DNA from: Cirrosporium novae-zelandiae
Taxonomy: Eukaryota
Direction: 5' to 3'
Assembly (NCBI GenBank): GCA_026023565.1
Contig: JAPETS010000001.1
Span: 248,001 to 312,000, forward strand
Length of the DNA stretch: 64,000 nt
Under the pieces are notes generated by a model. That model had not been told where the DNA came from and ran no database searches. It worked only from the letters and a program-made list of their open reading frames with translations. Below, piece by piece: positions 61,784 to 64,000 of the stretch (the stretch's first letter is position 1; every line of letters begins with the position of its first letter). Made by a program: the position numbers and the translations under genes.

Positions 61784-64000
61784 AAAGAAATAAATAAAAA
61801 GGGTATGTTATCCTGGTACAAATAGTATTTTTTTTTTGGAATATTTCAGGCTCATTGTCACCTTAGGGGAGGCGAGGGAGTGAAGCATAGAGAATAGGAT
61901 TGACTATGATAATGATGATGATTCATTTTATTGTCCACATGGAGCCTTTAGGTTCTGGTGGACAGAAGAGAGAGAATAGGGTTAAAGGAGTATGCCCTGG
62001 AGGAAAACATTAAGAATAGGATTTGGGGAGTATACTTTGGAGTTGAGGATATAAAGCACAGGGAGGCACGCACGTTAGTTATACGGAGAAGAAAAACAAG
62101 AAGTAAAGAAGTCAAGGAGGGAATTAAATCAACTTTCGGTCTTATTTTTACCACAGGGCCTTACAATTATATATTATATTAATATTATATTATAAACAAG
62201 CAGCAGTAGTAGATTCTAGATTTCATATAGATCTATCCCCTACCCTACCTAACACCACTTCTATAGCTTAGAGCTCTCCCGCCTCAGGTTGGGTTGGACT
62301 ATGACGCGGACGCAGAAACCGCGGGCTAACCGTTAGGCGAGAATGTACGGGACTATGAAGCCATTGGCGCTTGTGAGGATTCGTTGGACCGTGATGGATA
62401 GCGCGAGTATCCTCTAAGAGGAAGAATAAATCCTATGGTATTGAGGCTGGAGGTTGGCAGACAAGGCTAAGTCGACAGCGATTGTGCCAGACAGTGGCTC
62501 GTCGGCTACCATGAATGATCAAAATCGATAGAGTTGATGGATTTAGCTTTCTCCCAAGGGTGTTTACCTTTAGATTCAATGTAATTGAAGGATATCTTTA
62601 TATTGTTGAGAAAAATGTAATTGTGCCTCTTGAATAGGCTACTATTCAGAGCATGGTGATTAGCTCGTTTTCACGCTTCTTGAATCCGGTTCACCTGGGG
62701 TAGTAATGCCTTTGATTATAATCAAACAGCCGTGAATGGAGGTATTCACCCAGGCTTTTTCCTCGCGATCCTGCTCACTGCTTATGACAATTTTACAAAG
62801 TTATACTCCGATTTGCATTTTAGAAAGGGGAAATCATGTGGAAATCAGGGTTTGTGTTGACCCTAATGGTGAGTTGGTGCTATATAATATATACAGTCCG
62901 TTCAGGTGCTCTTTATATTCCTCCCAGTCTGGTATATTATTGAGAAGATCCAAGACGGAAAATTGCACAACCGCTGCAAATATATTCTCGGTACTATCGA
63001 GCTAACTTGATTATCACAACTCCAAATACTTTTTTAGGTTCATGAAACTGATCTACCTTGCATGTGTTATTTTTTACACTATATATTTGCCTTGTTTGGC
63101 TTATGGATCCCTATTTGTCCTTCTAGTATGTCTTTAATATTGGGTTTCTTCCTTTGTAGCCTGAAGGCATTAAGACTAATTAGGCAACTCGTCTTAAAGT
63201 TAACAGAACACGTTCCGTATGTAATATTACCACCTTTCCACGTCGTCGACTGTGAAACTTTCATCTTATTCATCCTCACGAACATGCCATTGCAGAGCTG
63301 CCTCTCTCCAGAACCCAGGCTATTAATCTCTTGATAAGAATGAAGCTTTGCTTTAATTTAAAAGACGGGTTCCTTGGCATGAGGTGGCTTGACAATAACT
63401 GAGTTTGATGGTGTTAATTTGGTAAAAGGTCATTCTAATATACGGGAGAGTTGACAGAAATATTGGCAGCCCTACACAGTATCCCCACCAGATTCCGGGG
63501 TTGTTTTAATATTCAATTACCAACTCGAAAAATTAGCCCCCAATAAGGCTCTAATCTCTAGTATTCATAGTGGTGGCTTTACAGTCAGCTAATTGGAATT
63601 TCTTTAGACTCGAAAGATCATGCTCACATCTACTCGAGTATGTTAATATTCTAGAAGAAGAAAGGCGCGAGATTTTAGATCTTAGTATCCTTTGATATCG
63701 TGCTTACCACCGGCATAGAATATATGTCGACTTAGGTTCCCCTGATCTGGAAAGAAGTGAATATTACTTGGGGATAGAATGAACGAGAAATCTGGTGGAG
63801 ATGAAAGAGCTGTGAGGAAAGGCTGTGGGGATTAATTACTCGGAGTTTTAAGAAATTGTATGCCGATAACGGTCACTTGGAACTTAAACCCCGAACACCT
63901 CCCCTTCCTATGAGTACCTAATAATTACTCTAACATTACAACTAGGAACTGATATAATGTACAAGAATGGCTTCTCTCTTCGATGATAGCTTTACCCTCT

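Noticed and set aside
62520..64000. AT-rich right end as a RIP-degraded transposon
   Set aside because: No terminal repeats or transposase/reverse-transcriptase remnants recognisable; cannot be supported without a search.

Overview
Eukaryotic, gene-dense DNA from a filamentous ascomycete (Pezizomycotina-like: short GT-AG introns, mostly 50-120 nt, with CTRAY branch points). The ORF track splits or reads through many introns, so I rebuilt the gene models by hand. About 26 genes: a partial hypothetical gene at the left edge, a secreted type-B carboxylesterase, an NAD(P)-binding epimerase/NmrA-like gene carrying one in-frame TGA, ATP19, a CYP52 P450, an orphan ORF, a nucleolar RRM protein, SIP5, NOG1, KRR1, a LaeA-like methyltransferase, an RS-domain cyclophilin, IFA38, ERG28, GAL7, an F-box protein, a beta-hydroxyacid dehydrogenase, ARG2, GVP36, RPL13, a coiled-coil hypothetical, an LRR protein, a GCIP-like protein, ARP6, a PLP-homeostasis protein, a hypothetical protein and a small secreted protein. 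I found no transposon, rRNA, tRNA, CRISPR array or secondary-metabolite core gene, and no convincing new multi-gene system; this looks mostly like a housekeeping region. Most worth follow-up: the single premature TGA in an otherwise intact gene, seven exact non-coding copies of the palindrome TACCTAGGTA, an unexplained 3.2 kb gap between convergent genes, a candidate spliced microprotein gene, a GC-AG intron and several non-YAG acceptors, and a Gcn4/CpcA site that also creates an overlapping uORF at the ARG2 start. All product calls come from recognising motifs; no database search was run.
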